Assembly (NCBI GenBank): GCA_027022365.1 | Contig: JALVYU010000031.1 | Span: 96,001-160,000 of the forward strand | DNA from: Desulfurococcales archaeon | GTDB lineage: Archaea > Thermoproteota > Thermoprotei_A > Sulfolobales > Desulfurococcaceae | Length of the DNA: 64,000 nt | Direction of reading: 5' to 3' | Part shown: one piece after another, positions 46,565-56,413 of the stretch | Layout of the letters: each line of letters opens with the position of its first letter | How positions within the stretch are numbered: the stretch's first letter is position 1 | Position numbers and translations under genes: made by a program | Notes under the pieces: model-generated | What the model saw: only the letters and a program-made list of their open reading frames with translations | Database searches by the model: none | What the model was told of the DNA's origin: nothing

Positions 46565-48450
46565 GACGAATAAGCCCTACACATACGAAGAAATTATTTG
46601 CAGAGCTCCTTCCCCTCATATACTGGTCCGTAGACCTGGGAACGCCAGTCTTTGTGAAAGACACAAAGAAGTATGGTAGGCTCAAAAAGATTAAGCTCGT
46701 CCCACCTGGAGACGTAAGGCCTGCTTTTACGAGAGACGTAGAAAATCTCTACATCATGATAAAAGAGCAGTACTCGAAACCATATGCTGAGAGACTCTTC
46801 TCCAAAAACCCTCTCGTTCTCTTAAACCGTGTTCAAGCCATTGATATGGCCGACGAAGTAGTCGTATCAGGCTATAGTATCGGGATAAGAGAATACGACA
46901 TAGTCGGGAGAAAATGGCTCTTCAAACCAATGTACTATGGAGTGAGGCTGTATATCGAAGAAGAACTGGGCCCTTATATAAAGGCCCAGAAAACAATCAA
47001 GCCCAACGAGTACCTCTATCCCGGAGACTATCGAGGGAGGCCTCCGGTTAACTCGAGATGGGTACCTATTAAAGGGAAAAACAAATGGGTGTACGGTCTG
47101 GGCAAGAAGGCCGGGCGGAGAATACTGGTTGTTAAACAATGGAGAATAAGTGGAAAACTAGGGTTCAATCCGAAGAAAGCAACACTTCAAGACGCCGCTA
47201 GGCATAACAGAGAATACCTAGAGGAAAAAGCATGCGAAGCTACGGTGTTCCTAGAGGAAACAATCGGGCTAGGACTAGGTTATCCTATAGTAAGCTTGAG
47301 CGGCGGGAAAGATAGTGGTGTAACAGCCTATCTAGCGGGAAAAGCTGGGGTCACAGAAGCCGTATTTGTGGATACGGGACTAGAATTGCCGGAAACAATA
47401 GAAACAGCCATTAAAACCGCTGAGAAAGCCGGCCTCCAATTAACAATATTGAGGGCACACGATAGGTTCTGGAGAGCCCTCAGAATATATGGACCACCCG
47501 CAAGGGACTATAGATGGTGCTGTAAAGTAGTCAAGCTCTCATTGCTTGGCAAACACTACAGGGAGAAGTATGGGAGAGTACTAGCTATTGTGGGTCAGCG
47601 TAGATACGAGAGCCCCCAGAGAGCACTCGCAGATAGACTATCTCCCAGCGGGACGGTGGGTGAGGGATACGTAGCAGCACCCATACATGAGTGGATAAGC
47701 CTAGAAGTCTTCCTATACAGTATACTCGAGAAGATACCTCTCAACCCTCTATATATGAAGGGATACGACAGAATAGGATGCTATCTCTGCCCAACATCAA
47801 GAATGGCCGAACTAGAACTAATAAAGGAAACCCATCCCGAACACATGATTAAATGGATGAGATACCTAGAAAACTATGCCGAGGAACATGGGCTGCCGAG
47901 ACAATGGATAGACCTAGGGCTGTGGAGATGGAGGTTCCGGCTACCCGGAGAGATTAAGATGCTATCGAAAAGGCAGGGAATCGACATTGATGCTATGAAC
48001 AGAGGCATTTCTGAGGATTATGTCGAGAAGATCGTTGTGGATAGAGATGAAGACCTTGTAGAGATACATTTCAAGAGACAAATACCTCTTCAAAGAATAT
48101 ACTCGATGATCAAAATCATAGGGTTAAATGCCACCATAAAAAACAACGGCGACTTAAGGATACATAGAAAGGGGCGCGAAGTAGCCGAGATAAAAGACAA
48201 TTATCTCAGAACAAGATTATCGTGGATAAACGATAAGCATACTAGAGAGCTACTCATGCTAGTATACATGAAGCTCTACTGTGTCGGTTGCGGTATGTGC
48301 AGCATAGCGTGCCCCAGAGACACTATCGGCCCGGACTTCTTCGAGCCAAGCAGATGTAGTGGATGTAGAAAATGCCTCTACTCTTGTCCATCGGCAAACA
48401 ACCTAGTAGCACATGTCTTCACACTACTAGGCAGTAACTATGACCGCTAA
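46561..48450 (+). CDS. PAPS-reductase-family (PP-loop) protein with PUA-like N-terminal region and C-terminal 4Fe-4S domain
   Basis: PPGDVRPAF, SLSGGKDS, DTGLELPET, RWCCKVVK, RIGCYLCP, CVGCGMCSIACP and CSGCRKCLYSCP motifs. Confidence 0.85.
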   Translation: MRRISPTHTKKLFAELLPLIYWSVDLGTPVFVKDTKKYGRLKKIKLVPPGDVRPAFTRDVENLYIMIKEQYSKPYAERLFSKNPLVLLNRVQAIDMADEVVVSGYSIGIREYDIVGRKWLFKPMYYGVRLYIEEELGPYIKAQKTIKPNEYLYPGDYRGRPPVNSRWVPIKGKNKWVYGLGKKAGRRILVVKQWRISGKLGFNPKKATLQDAARHNREYLEEKACEATVFLEETIGLGLGYPIVSLSGGKDSGVTAYLAGKAGVTEAVFVDTGLELPETIETAIKTAEKAGLQLTILRAHDRFWRALRIYGPPARDYRWCCKVVKLSLLGKHYREKYGRVLAIVGQRRYESPQRALADRLSPSGTVGEGYVAAPIHEWISLEVFLYSILEKIPLNPLYMKGYDRIGCYLCPTSRMAELELIKETHPEHMIKWMRYLENYAEEHGLPRQWIDLGLWRWRFRLPGEIKMLSKRQGIDIDAMNRGISEDYVEKIVVDRDEDLVEIHFKRQIPLQRIYSMIKIIGLNATIKNNGDLRIHRKGREVAEIKDNYLRTRLSWINDKHTRELLMLVYMKLYCVGCGMCSIACPRDTIGPDFFEPSRCSGCRKCLYSCPSANNLVAHVFTLLGSNYDR

Positions 48451-48497
48451 GCATGTATTTCTTCCTTGGAAAACTATGTTTCAACAGCACTCATGAA

Positions 48498-49817
48498 CTA
48501 GTACATCATATACTCTACGAACTCCGCCGGGCTAGGAACAGACTGAAGCCGCAGGCACTCTTCGCGTTTAACATCAATATAGGACTCTATTAGTTCTCTT
48601 GGAAACACCGGGCGAAGGTACCCGTAGTCCGATTCAAGCTCGTCGATGGCCTCCCAAAGGCTCCTCGGTAGCCGCTGAAGGCCGAGCTCTCTTACCTCGC
48701 TCTCAGACAACTTGTAAGCATTCTTCAGCAGGGGCGGAGGAGGCTCGATCTTCTTCTTTACCCCGTCAAGACCCGCAAGAACAATAGCCGCGTAGGCAAG
48801 GTACGGGTTTACCAGGGGATCTGGAGGCCTGTACTCTATCCTGAACGAGCCGCTATTCCTTGTCATAGGAACACGTATGGCCGTGCTCCTGTTGCCTGGA
48901 CCCCAGGCGAGAAGAGTTGGTGCCTCGTATCCCGGCACTAATCTGCGATAACTGTTCACAGTCGGCGAAACAATCGCAGATAAGCTTCTCCCATGCTCTA
49001 ATAAGCCCCCAATAAAATATCTCGCGGTTTTGCCCAGCCCGTACTCCTCGCTAGGATCATAGAATATGTTCTCACCACCCCTCCATAGACTAACATGTAC
49101 GTGCATGCCCGAGCCATTATCTCCATAGAAGGGTTTAGGTAGAAACAATGCCTTGAAGCCACTGAGCTCTGCTACAGTGCGAGCGATTATTTTGAATAAT
49201 ACAGTGTAGTCCCCGAGCAGAACAGGATCTAGTGCCGGACTAGTTACCTCAACCTGCCCGGTAGTCGCGACCTCGTGATGGGACTTTACAGGTCTATAGC
49301 CCAGTAGTTCCATGTAGTGGATGAAGTCGAGCCTTATTCCTCCTACGCTGTCGAGAGGCTCTACGAGGAAGTACCCCTTCTTAACAGGTATCGCTCCACC
49401 TGTCTCTGGCGTCTCGACAACTCCTATTTTCACAGTCTGCTCTGATAGACCTATCGAAGCCCTGACCTCCTTGACCAGGAAGAACTCTATTTCGACACCT
49501 ATACGTGCTTTCATCCCATCTCTGCTTAGCATTTCCCTGAGCTTCTCGGCAACAGCCCTAGGATCTTTTACATACCTATCGTCTTGAGGTGTAAAAATAC
49601 TGGCAATACAGTACTTAACACCTGATCTAAAAGGGAAAGAGTATAGGTTATCTATGCATCTCAGCATGAGATCGCTGTTCTCGATCTTCTCAAAACCTTT
49701 CACGCTGCTGGCGTCGAAGAAAGCCTTATCTCTAAATGGATCCCTTACTGTTTTCTCGACACCTCTTATTATCCCGGCAAGATCGGTGAAAAGGTACTTT
49801 ACGATCATGTTTCCCAC
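48498..49817 (-). CDS. glnA: Glutamine synthetase type I
   Basis: FTDLAG, FDASS, GVEIEFF, HHEVA, PKPFYGDNGSGMHVH, NSYRRLVPGYEAP, NRS and RIEYRPPD motifs. Confidence 0.92.
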   Translation of the reverse strand: MGNMIVKYLFTDLAGIIRGVEKTVRDPFRDKAFFDASSVKGFEKIENSDLMLRCIDNLYSFPFRSGVKYCIASIFTPQDDRYVKDPRAVAEKLREMLSRDGMKARIGVEIEFFLVKEVRASIGLSEQTVKIGVVETPETGGAIPVKKGYFLVEPLDSVGGIRLDFIHYMELLGYRPVKSHHEVATTGQVEVTSPALDPVLLGDYTVLFKIIARTVAELSGFKALFLPKPFYGDNGSGMHVHVSLWRGGENIFYDPSEEYGLGKTARYFIGGLLEHGRSLSAIVSPTVNSYRRLVPGYEAPTLLAWGPGNRSTAIRVPMTRNSGSFRIEYRPPDPLVNPYLAYAAIVLAGLDGVKKKIEPPPPLLKNAYKLSESEVRELGLQRLPRSLWEAIDELESDYGYLRPVFPRELIESYIDVKREECLRLQSVPSPAEFVEYMMY

Positions 49818-49909
49818 TTAGAGAGACTAAACCCTGTGCGGAGGTTTTATAAATATTTACCATAATAATACTGAACAAAAAACAGGATATGACTGGGTGA
49901 TAACGTTAT

Positions 49910-50365
49910 ATGTACGGAGAAGCTATTGATGAGTTAGACAAACGTATACTAGAACTACTATTGCAGGATTCCAGGAGGAGCACAAGATCAATAGCCAAAG
50001 CACTAAACAAGCCTGTCTCAACCGTGCATGATAGGATCAAGAGGCTCGAGAAAAAGGGAGTTATCAAGGGATATACCGTTGTCCTTGATGAGAAGGCCCT
50101 CGGCTACCAGATCAAGGCTTTAATACTCATCAATGTAGTTGGCCGGCACATAGAAGAGGTAGAAAACGATCTTTCCAGGTATGAGAACGTCCTAACGGTT
50201 CTCGATATAACCGGGGAGTTTGATGTAGCAGTTATAGCTGTATTTCACAGTATGGACGAGCTAGACAGATTTGTAAAGACCCTCCTGAAACACCCATATA
50301 TCAGACAGACTAGGACAAGTATTGCTTTCCGAACAGTAAAATCAGAGGTGAACCCGCCGCTTTAA
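49910..50365 (+). CDS. Lrp/AsnC-family transcriptional regulator, divergent from glnA
   Basis: DELDKRILELL...STVHDRIKRLEKKGVIKGY and a RAM domain with DITGEFD. Confidence 0.92.
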   Translation: MYGEAIDELDKRILELLLQDSRRSTRSIAKALNKPVSTVHDRIKRLEKKGVIKGYTVVLDEKALGYQIKALILINVVGRHIEEVENDLSRYENVLTVLDITGEFDVAVIAVFHSMDELDRFVKTLLKHPYIRQTRTSIAFRTVKSEVNPPL

Positions 50366-51111
50366 TCCCTTTTTTCCTCTTCTTTCTCCTCAATCCATTT
50401 GAATCCCTCCCTATTGATCCGTTCCACGATATCCATTCCCCCATCAGCCACTATCCTACCCCTATACAGTACGTAGACGTGGTTCGGCTCAACGTATTCG
50501 AGGACCCTCGGGTAATGTGTTATCAACAACACTGATCGCCCGGTCGAGATTAGCTCCTTAATGACATCGGCCACTATTCTTATCCCGTCAACATCGAGAC
50601 CGCTGTCGGGCTCGTCCATGATAACGTATTTTGGCCTGAGAATCTTTGCCTGTAGGATCTCGCTTCGCTTCTTCTCGCCGCCGCTGAACCCGACGTTAAC
50701 CCCTCGTTCCAGATGTTCTTCGGAAAGACCGATCAGTCTCGCCTCCGACGCTATGCGCTCCTTTATGTCGGGGCATTCTCTCCCGCCCAGTCTCTTCTTA
50801 ATGCTTAGCTTCAGTACTTCTTCTAGTTTGACACCGGGTATCTCGACCGGGTTCTGGAAGACGAGGAAGAGGCCTCGTAGAGCCCGTTCATTAGGCGGTA
50901 AGTGGGTTATATCTTCGCCGTCGAGTATTATTTTCCCCCTCGTAATCCTGTAGGAGGGATGACCCATGAGTGCTAGTGCTAGGCTTGTTTTTCCACTGCC
51001 ATTGGGCCCCATAATCACTCTTAGTTCGCCTGGATGGGCCTCAATATTTATTCCGTGCAGGATCTCTTTATCTCCGACACTAACGTGTAGGTCTATTGTT
51101 TTTAGCGACAC
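50362..51111 (-). CDS. sufC: Fe-S cluster assembly ATPase SufC (SmsC-type)
   Basis: MGPNGSGKT, FQNPVEIPGV, NVGFSGGEKKRSE, MDEPDSGLDVD and ITHY motifs. Confidence 0.9.
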   Translation of the reverse strand: MSLKTIDLHVSVGDKEILHGINIEAHPGELRVIMGPNGSGKTSLALALMGHPSYRITRGKIILDGEDITHLPPNERALRGLFLVFQNPVEIPGVKLEEVLKLSIKKRLGGRECPDIKERIASEARLIGLSEEHLERGVNVGFSGGEKKRSEILQAKILRPKYVIMDEPDSGLDVDGIRIVADVIKELISTGRSVLLITHYPRVLEYVEPNHVYVLYRGRIVADGGMDIVERINREGFKWIEEKEEEKRD

Positions 51112-51255
51112 ATCTCATCCCTAGTTGGTCTTTATCATTACATAGAGGTTTATGAATGATGTCTGAAAAATTTTTGACAAATTATTAATATCTAATGCCC
51201 GTGTAAAGTATTCAATTAGTATCTTAACTAGAGACGATATGGGTGAAAAAGCCTC

Positions 51256-51549
51256 TTGGCCTCAGAACATAAGCTCCTCAAATGTGCTCTCGAGAAATAC
51301 ATTGATGAGATGGGCGGCCAGATACACGAGGAGGCCGGTAAGCTGGAGATAGTGTTGCCGATCGCAATAGAGGAGGTTCCCGGCGGCGTTCAGTTCACGT
51401 TGAAGGGGAGGGTTGAGGGAGAATATGTTGTTATCGAAGAGGTGACCGTATCATATCACGATGAGCACGCGAGTATTAAACCAATAGATCTCGAGTCCTG
51501 GGTACATTATGTTAATGAGCGTTTCTCTCCTCTTTGTAAGAAGGATTAG
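51256..51549 (+). CDS. Hypothetical acidic protein
   Basis: 97-aa ORF with a GGTGA SD, co-oriented with and 24 nt upstream of the OFOR alpha gene. Confidence 0.6.
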   Translation: MASEHKLLKCALEKYIDEMGGQIHEEAGKLEIVLPIAIEEVPGGVQFTLKGRVEGEYVVIEEVTVSYHDEHASIKPIDLESWVHYVNERFSPLCKKD

Positions 51550-51573
51550 CCTCTTGCTTCCCCGGGTGGTATC

Positions 51574-53343
51574 GTGACGAATAATCGATCCTCTGTTCAA
51601 ATCCTAGTCGGAGGCCCCGCCGGAAGCGGTAATATTACGAGCGGAATTGTTTTAGCTCGAGCATTCATGTACATGGGCTACTACGCGGTCGGTGTATCCG
51701 AGTACCCTAGCCTAATAAGGGGAGGACATACCGCATACTGGGTCAGGGCCGGCACGGAGAAGATCTACGAGCTCGAAGACCATACAGACATAGTGGTGGC
51801 ATTTGATGAAGCGACGTTTCAGCGACATGGATGGGAGATCCATGAGGACAGCATCGCCGTATACGACCCCCAAGTAGTCAAGAACGTGCCGGAAAACATT
51901 AAGAAAACACCGATACCTTTCAGGAAGCTCTTAAGAGAGAACGGCTTGAAACCAATAACGATGAACATGATGGCTGTCGGCGCCGTCTCAGCTCTCCTCG
52001 GCCTACCACTGGATACAGTGTTGAAGAGCGTTGAGTACCAGTTCCGGGGCAGGGAGCGCGTTATCGAGGAGAACAAGAAGAGCTGTATGATAGGCTACGA
52101 GTATATGTCCTCGCAGCCCCTAAGCATCGAGCCTCCGAGGCTGGATGAGCCGAGGCCATGGGGCAAGAGAATAATGATCACGGGCAATGAGGCCATCGCC
52201 GTGGGCTTTGTTAAGGGAGACCTGAGGATGTATGTTGCCTACCCGATGACCCCCGCATCCCCCCTGCTACACTTCATGGTTAGGATGATCAAGGAGAAAG
52301 ACATCGTGACTATACAGGCTGAGAGCGAAATAGCCGCCGCCCAGATGGCCTTAGCCGCCTGCTGGACAGGGATCAGGGCTGCTACGGGCACGAGTGGAGG
52401 AGGATTCGCGCTCATGAACGAGACCCTTAGCGAGGCCGGGATGTTCGAAGCCCCCCTAATCATTGTTGTTGCGATGAGGCCCGGGCCGAGCACAGGCATG
52501 GCGACCCATAGTGCTCAGGAAGACCTGCTCTACAGTATATTCGCTGGCCACGGAGAGTTCCCAAGGATAGTTGTCGCTCCAGCCGACCAGGAGGATGCAT
52601 ACTATAGGGCTGTAGAGCTCCTCAACTTAGCATGGAAATGGCGTGTCCCAGGAATAATTCTTGAGGATAAGCACTTGGCCGAAAGCATTAGGACTGTTCC
52701 AGCATTCCGAGAAGACCTTGTTCTAGAGAAGGGTGCTCTCCTCTATAAGGAGGAGGCAGAAGAGAAGATCAGGAATGGCTGGAAATATCTCCCCTACCAG
52801 GTAACAGAGAATGGAGTGTCGCCATGGGTTCCGACGGGGACTGAGGGTGCACTGAACAAGAGCGATAGTAGCGAGCACGATGAACGAGGTATAGTGAGTG
52901 AAAGACCCCACATAGCTAATATGATGTACAAGAAAAGGATGAGGAAAGAGAAATACATTCTCGAAGACCTCGAAAAGAACTACGAGGTCATCAGGACATA
53001 CGGGTACCCAGTAGAAGAAGCAGACATAGTCGTATTGACGTGGGGATCAGCTACTTGGGCATCCTTAGAGGCAAAGAAGCATCTCGACAAGGAGGGCTTG
53101 AAGCTAGGCATAGTACAGGTTATCTATCTCTGGCCATTCCCGAAGAACAAGTTCAACGAAATAATGGGGAGGGCTTCCGGCAAACCAGTGTTCACGGTGG
53201 AGTATAACCTCAGAGGACAGCTCGGCCTCTTAGCGAAAATGGTGACGGGCTTCACAGTAACAGATCATATCGGAAAAATAGATGGTAGACCATTCAGGGG
53301 GAAGCAGCTCGCACAAGAAATAATCTCCCGTCTCAAGAGGTGA
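51574..53343 (+). CDS. 2-oxoacid:ferredoxin oxidoreductase, fused gamma-alpha subunit
   Basis: GGPAGSG, YPSLIRGGH, AYPMTPAS, TSGGGFALM, RPGPSTG, GHGEFP and EYNLRGQL motifs. Confidence 0.92.
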   Translation: MTNNRSSVQILVGGPAGSGNITSGIVLARAFMYMGYYAVGVSEYPSLIRGGHTAYWVRAGTEKIYELEDHTDIVVAFDEATFQRHGWEIHEDSIAVYDPQVVKNVPENIKKTPIPFRKLLRENGLKPITMNMMAVGAVSALLGLPLDTVLKSVEYQFRGRERVIEENKKSCMIGYEYMSSQPLSIEPPRLDEPRPWGKRIMITGNEAIAVGFVKGDLRMYVAYPMTPASPLLHFMVRMIKEKDIVTIQAESEIAAAQMALAACWTGIRAATGTSGGGFALMNETLSEAGMFEAPLIIVVAMRPGPSTGMATHSAQEDLLYSIFAGHGEFPRIVVAPADQEDAYYRAVELLNLAWKWRVPGIILEDKHLAESIRTVPAFREDLVLEKGALLYKEEAEEKIRNGWKYLPYQVTENGVSPWVPTGTEGALNKSDSSEHDERGIVSERPHIANMMYKKRMRKEKYILEDLEKNYEVIRTYGYPVEEADIVVLTWGSATWASLEAKKHLDKEGLKLGIVQVIYLWPFPKNKFNEIMGRASGKPVFTVEYNLRGQLGLLAKMVTGFTVTDHIGKIDGRPFRGKQLAQEIISRLKR

Positions 53344-53349
53344 TCCCGC

Positions 53350-54228
53350 ATGTCTGTCTTCAGGCAACCCGTATCCGATACAGGAGCAGTTATCACTTGG
53401 TGTCCAGGCTGCGGCAACTTCGGTATACTTAGAGCCTTCAAGAAGGCAATAAACGATCTAGGGATCCCGCCCTGGAAAGTAGTGGTGGTCACAGGTATAG
53501 GGTGTCACGGCAAATTCCACAACTACGTTAATGTCAACACGATCCATACAATACACGGCCGAGTAGCACCGATGATAACCGCGATCAAGGCCGCCAACAA
53601 AGAATTAACAGTTATAGGCCTAGCAGGAGACGGTGACCAATACGCAATAGGTGTCGGCCACCTACCCCATATTATCAGGAGAAACCCAGACGTAACACTG
53701 ATAGTGCATAACAATAGCGTATTCGGCTTAACGACGGGACAGGCAAGCCCAACCTCGGAGAAAGGACAGATAACGAGGACCACGCCCTGGGGTCAGTGGG
53801 AAGAACGGTTCAACCCCATAGCGTTCGTGCTCAGCCAGGGAGCCAGCTTCGTGGCGAGAGGATTCGCGGGAGACGTTGACCACTTGACATGGCTGATAAA
53901 AGAAGCGATCAAACACAAGGGCTTCAGCTTCATAGACGTCCTACAGCCCTGTGTAACATTCGATAGAATACACACATATACATGGTACCGTGAGAGAATA
54001 TACAAGCTGGAAGAAACAGGCCATGATCCCAGTAACTGGCACGCAGCAATGAGCAAAGCATACGAGTGGGGAGACAAGATACCCATAGGAATATTCTACA
54101 GAGTAGAGAAACCTACGATGGAGGATCTACTGGATCCGATCAAGAAGAACCCGCCACTAGCATATCTACATCTGAAACCCAAGAAGATCACGGATCTGCT
54201 CGAAAAATACTTCTCACTAACAGAATAA
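53350..54228 (+). CDS. 2-oxoacid:ferredoxin oxidoreductase beta subunit
   Basis: WCPGCGNFG, GIGC, HGR, GDGD...NNSVFGLTTGQASPT and LQPCVTF motifs. Confidence 0.92.
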   Translation: MSVFRQPVSDTGAVITWCPGCGNFGILRAFKKAINDLGIPPWKVVVVTGIGCHGKFHNYVNVNTIHTIHGRVAPMITAIKAANKELTVIGLAGDGDQYAIGVGHLPHIIRRNPDVTLIVHNNSVFGLTTGQASPTSEKGQITRTTPWGQWEERFNPIAFVLSQGASFVARGFAGDVDHLTWLIKEAIKHKGFSFIDVLQPCVTFDRIHTYTWYRERIYKLEETGHDPSNWHAAMSKAYEWGDKIPIGIFYRVEKPTMEDLLDPIKKNPPLAYLHLKPKKITDLLEKYFSLTE

Positions 54229-54488
54229 GATAACCCGGAGAAAATGATTTTTCAAAAACTTGATAGACCTATTGAGACCATACTTCATCAGTTTCTCCAT
54301 GCTCTAACAACATCTGAATTACCATAATAAGTGTAGAGTTAATCCAGCCCTATTTCAGGAGTAATACTAATAATAACAGGTACTGTTCCCGCTAGCAACA
54401 AGGCTTTATTTAGACAAGATTTTATCAAGCCTTCTACACATATATTGTTATTAGATTAAGTAGGCTGTGATTCTATGATGGCTGAACG

Positions 54489-55316
54489 GTGTCGGCCTTG
54501 TCTCTGATAAGACCCCCTGAAGGATACAGGTATATCTTGTTTATTAGCTTCGATCTAGATGCTGAGTCTGCAGAAATATATAGGGGAGCCGATCCAAACA
54601 CTCTCAGCCGTGGAAGATTCTCTGTCTACCGTGGAGTATACAAGATCCTAGATCTCCTCAAAAAGTATGGCGTCCACGTAACCTTTTTCGCTCCATCATG
54701 GGTTGTTGAGAGATATCCCGCGGTGATCGAGGCCATTTTATCGGGGGAACATGAGATCGCTGCTCATGGCTACCTGCATGAGAGGCTTGACCAGCTGAGC
54801 CTCGAGGATGAGGAAGAGATCTTTAGGAGAACTGATGAGATATTCAGAGACGTCGTTGGCGAGAGACCGCAAGGGTTCAGAAGCCCGTACTGGAGGTGGA
54901 GCAGGAACACTATAGAAGTCCTCTTGAGACACAGATATAGGTACGACAGCAGTTTGATGGACGACGAGATACCCTACCTCTTAAGGCATGGAGAAGGCTC
55001 TCTATACGAGTACCCAGTGGATTGGAGGCTTGACGATTGGCCGTACCTCGAGTACTATAGGAGCCTAACTCCACGACAATTGCTGGAGCAATGGCTTGAA
55101 GAAATCAGGTACGCCGAGAACGTTACTGGCTATGTATCAATAACAATGCACCCCCAATGCATAGGAAGGGGTGCTAGGATAAAGGTTCTCGAGAAACTAT
55201 TGGATCACGCCACGAGGACAGGTGCATGGATACCCCGCGGCAAAGACTTAGCGGAACACCTCGAAAGACTTCACGGGAACAGAGAGGTCGTAGTGCACGA
55301 GTACGTTGAGTACTAG
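54489..55316 (+). CDS. Polysaccharide deacetylase family protein (CE4, PuuE/PgdA-like)
   Basis: SFDLD, TFF, HEIAAHGYLH, GFRSP, YDSS and ITMHP motifs. Confidence 0.88.
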   Translation: MSALSLIRPPEGYRYILFISFDLDAESAEIYRGADPNTLSRGRFSVYRGVYKILDLLKKYGVHVTFFAPSWVVERYPAVIEAILSGEHEIAAHGYLHERLDQLSLEDEEEIFRRTDEIFRDVVGERPQGFRSPYWRWSRNTIEVLLRHRYRYDSSLMDDEIPYLLRHGEGSLYEYPVDWRLDDWPYLEYYRSLTPRQLLEQWLEEIRYAENVTGYVSITMHPQCIGRGARIKVLEKLLDHATRTGAWIPRGKDLAEHLERLHGNREVVVHEYVEY

Positions 55317-55319
55317 GTA

Positions 55320-55399
55320 GGGAACAGGCGGTCAGGGCGCGACCTCCCCCCTCATAGCCGCTCGTAGGGGGCTCGGGCCAGGGCAGAGCTCCTCATCCC
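55320..55399 (-). ncRNA. Candidate box C/D guide sRNA / structured ncRNA
   Basis: GC-rich intergenic island. The minus strand reads GGG-ATGAGGA (C)-GCTCTGCCCTGGC-CCGA (D')-...-ATGAGGG (C')-GGGAGGTCGCGCC-CTGA (D)-...TCCC, with a terminal GGGA/TCCC stem. Confidence 0.5.
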
Positions 55400-55514
55400 A
55401 CATGCCAGTATATTACTATGCCACCAAACATGTTTTTCTGGCCACAGACTGGCCAGACCCGATTAAAAAAATAGTTATCCATGAACAACATACGTAAAGT
55501 AATGGTGATAAAAC

Positions 55515-55940
55515 ATGTGCCCGGAAGAAAAACGTGTTGAGCCCGGAAACAAGGGCTCAGAAGCCAAAGAACTAAGAGAGATCTTCGACGCGATAGCAGG
55601 CTTCATAAAACAGATCAAGACTGAGCTCAAAGAACTATTCATGGTGAGCTTCGAGGCGCTCAACGGAGAGAAGCTCGGGGAAGAAGTAGCCAAGTTCTAT
55701 AACTCTCTCGTAGAGAAAGGTGTACCAAAAGAGCTAGCAGAGAAAATGACTATGGAGTTCTTCCATAAAAGGCTTGAAGCAGTACCCGATCTTGGAAAGC
55801 TATTATCAAGCCTCAAAGTATTCAGCGGTAAGAAGGGAGGGACACCAATGCAGGGCGGATTAAAGCCCGATATTGTTCTTAAAATTGGTAAGGAGAGAAA
55901 GGAGGAAAGAGAAGAGGAGGAACATAGGAAAGAAGACTAG
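55515..55940 (+). CDS. Hypothetical helical protein
   Basis: GGTGA SD, amphipathic helices, LNGEKLGEEVAKFYNSLVEKGVP and a charged tail. Confidence 0.75.
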   Translation: MCPEEKRVEPGNKGSEAKELREIFDAIAGFIKQIKTELKELFMVSFEALNGEKLGEEVAKFYNSLVEKGVPKELAEKMTMEFFHKRLEAVPDLGKLLSSLKVFSGKKGGTPMQGGLKPDIVLKIGKERKEEREEEEHRKED

Positions 55941-55981
55941 CGATTAAAGCTCTTTTTAATGCTGGTTGGCAGGGAACGTGG

Positions 55982-56413
55982 GTGGCATTGACCAATAGAG
56001 AAGACAGGCTTGAACGGCTTGAAAAACTCGTAGAAACAATACTTTATAAGTTAGAACAAATAGAGTCTATGTTAAGATCAACTGGAGACCCGGAATTAAT
56101 GATAGCAGCAGAACTAGTATCTGCTTTTTCCCTGCCGGCCACAAAATCTCTTGAAGCAGCCTCTATAGTCATGGATATTATGAAAAAGATCAGGCTACCG
56201 GATCCCATCAGTAGAGCAATCGTTGAGGTCATGTCGACATGCGAGCCCCTAACCATATCCGAGATAACCAGGAGAGTACGAGAACTGAGAGGAAAGGCGT
56301 CCCGAAGGATAATCAGGGAACGCCTGAAGAGGCTCGAAGAAAAACAAATAGTAGTACAAACCGGGGAGAAAAGAAGGCACTACATTCTAAGAAAATGCCT
56401 GGAAAAACGGTGA
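55982..56413 (+). CDS. Coiled-coil plus winged-helix DNA-binding protein
   Basis: N-terminal heptads; PLTISEITRRVRELRGKASRRIIRERLKRLEEKQIV wHTH. Confidence 0.75.
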   Translation: MALTNREDRLERLEKLVETILYKLEQIESMLRSTGDPELMIAAELVSAFSLPATKSLEAASIVMDIMKKIRLPDPISRAIVEVMSTCEPLTISEITRRVRELRGKASRRIIRERLKRLEEKQIVVQTGEKRRHYILRKCLEKR

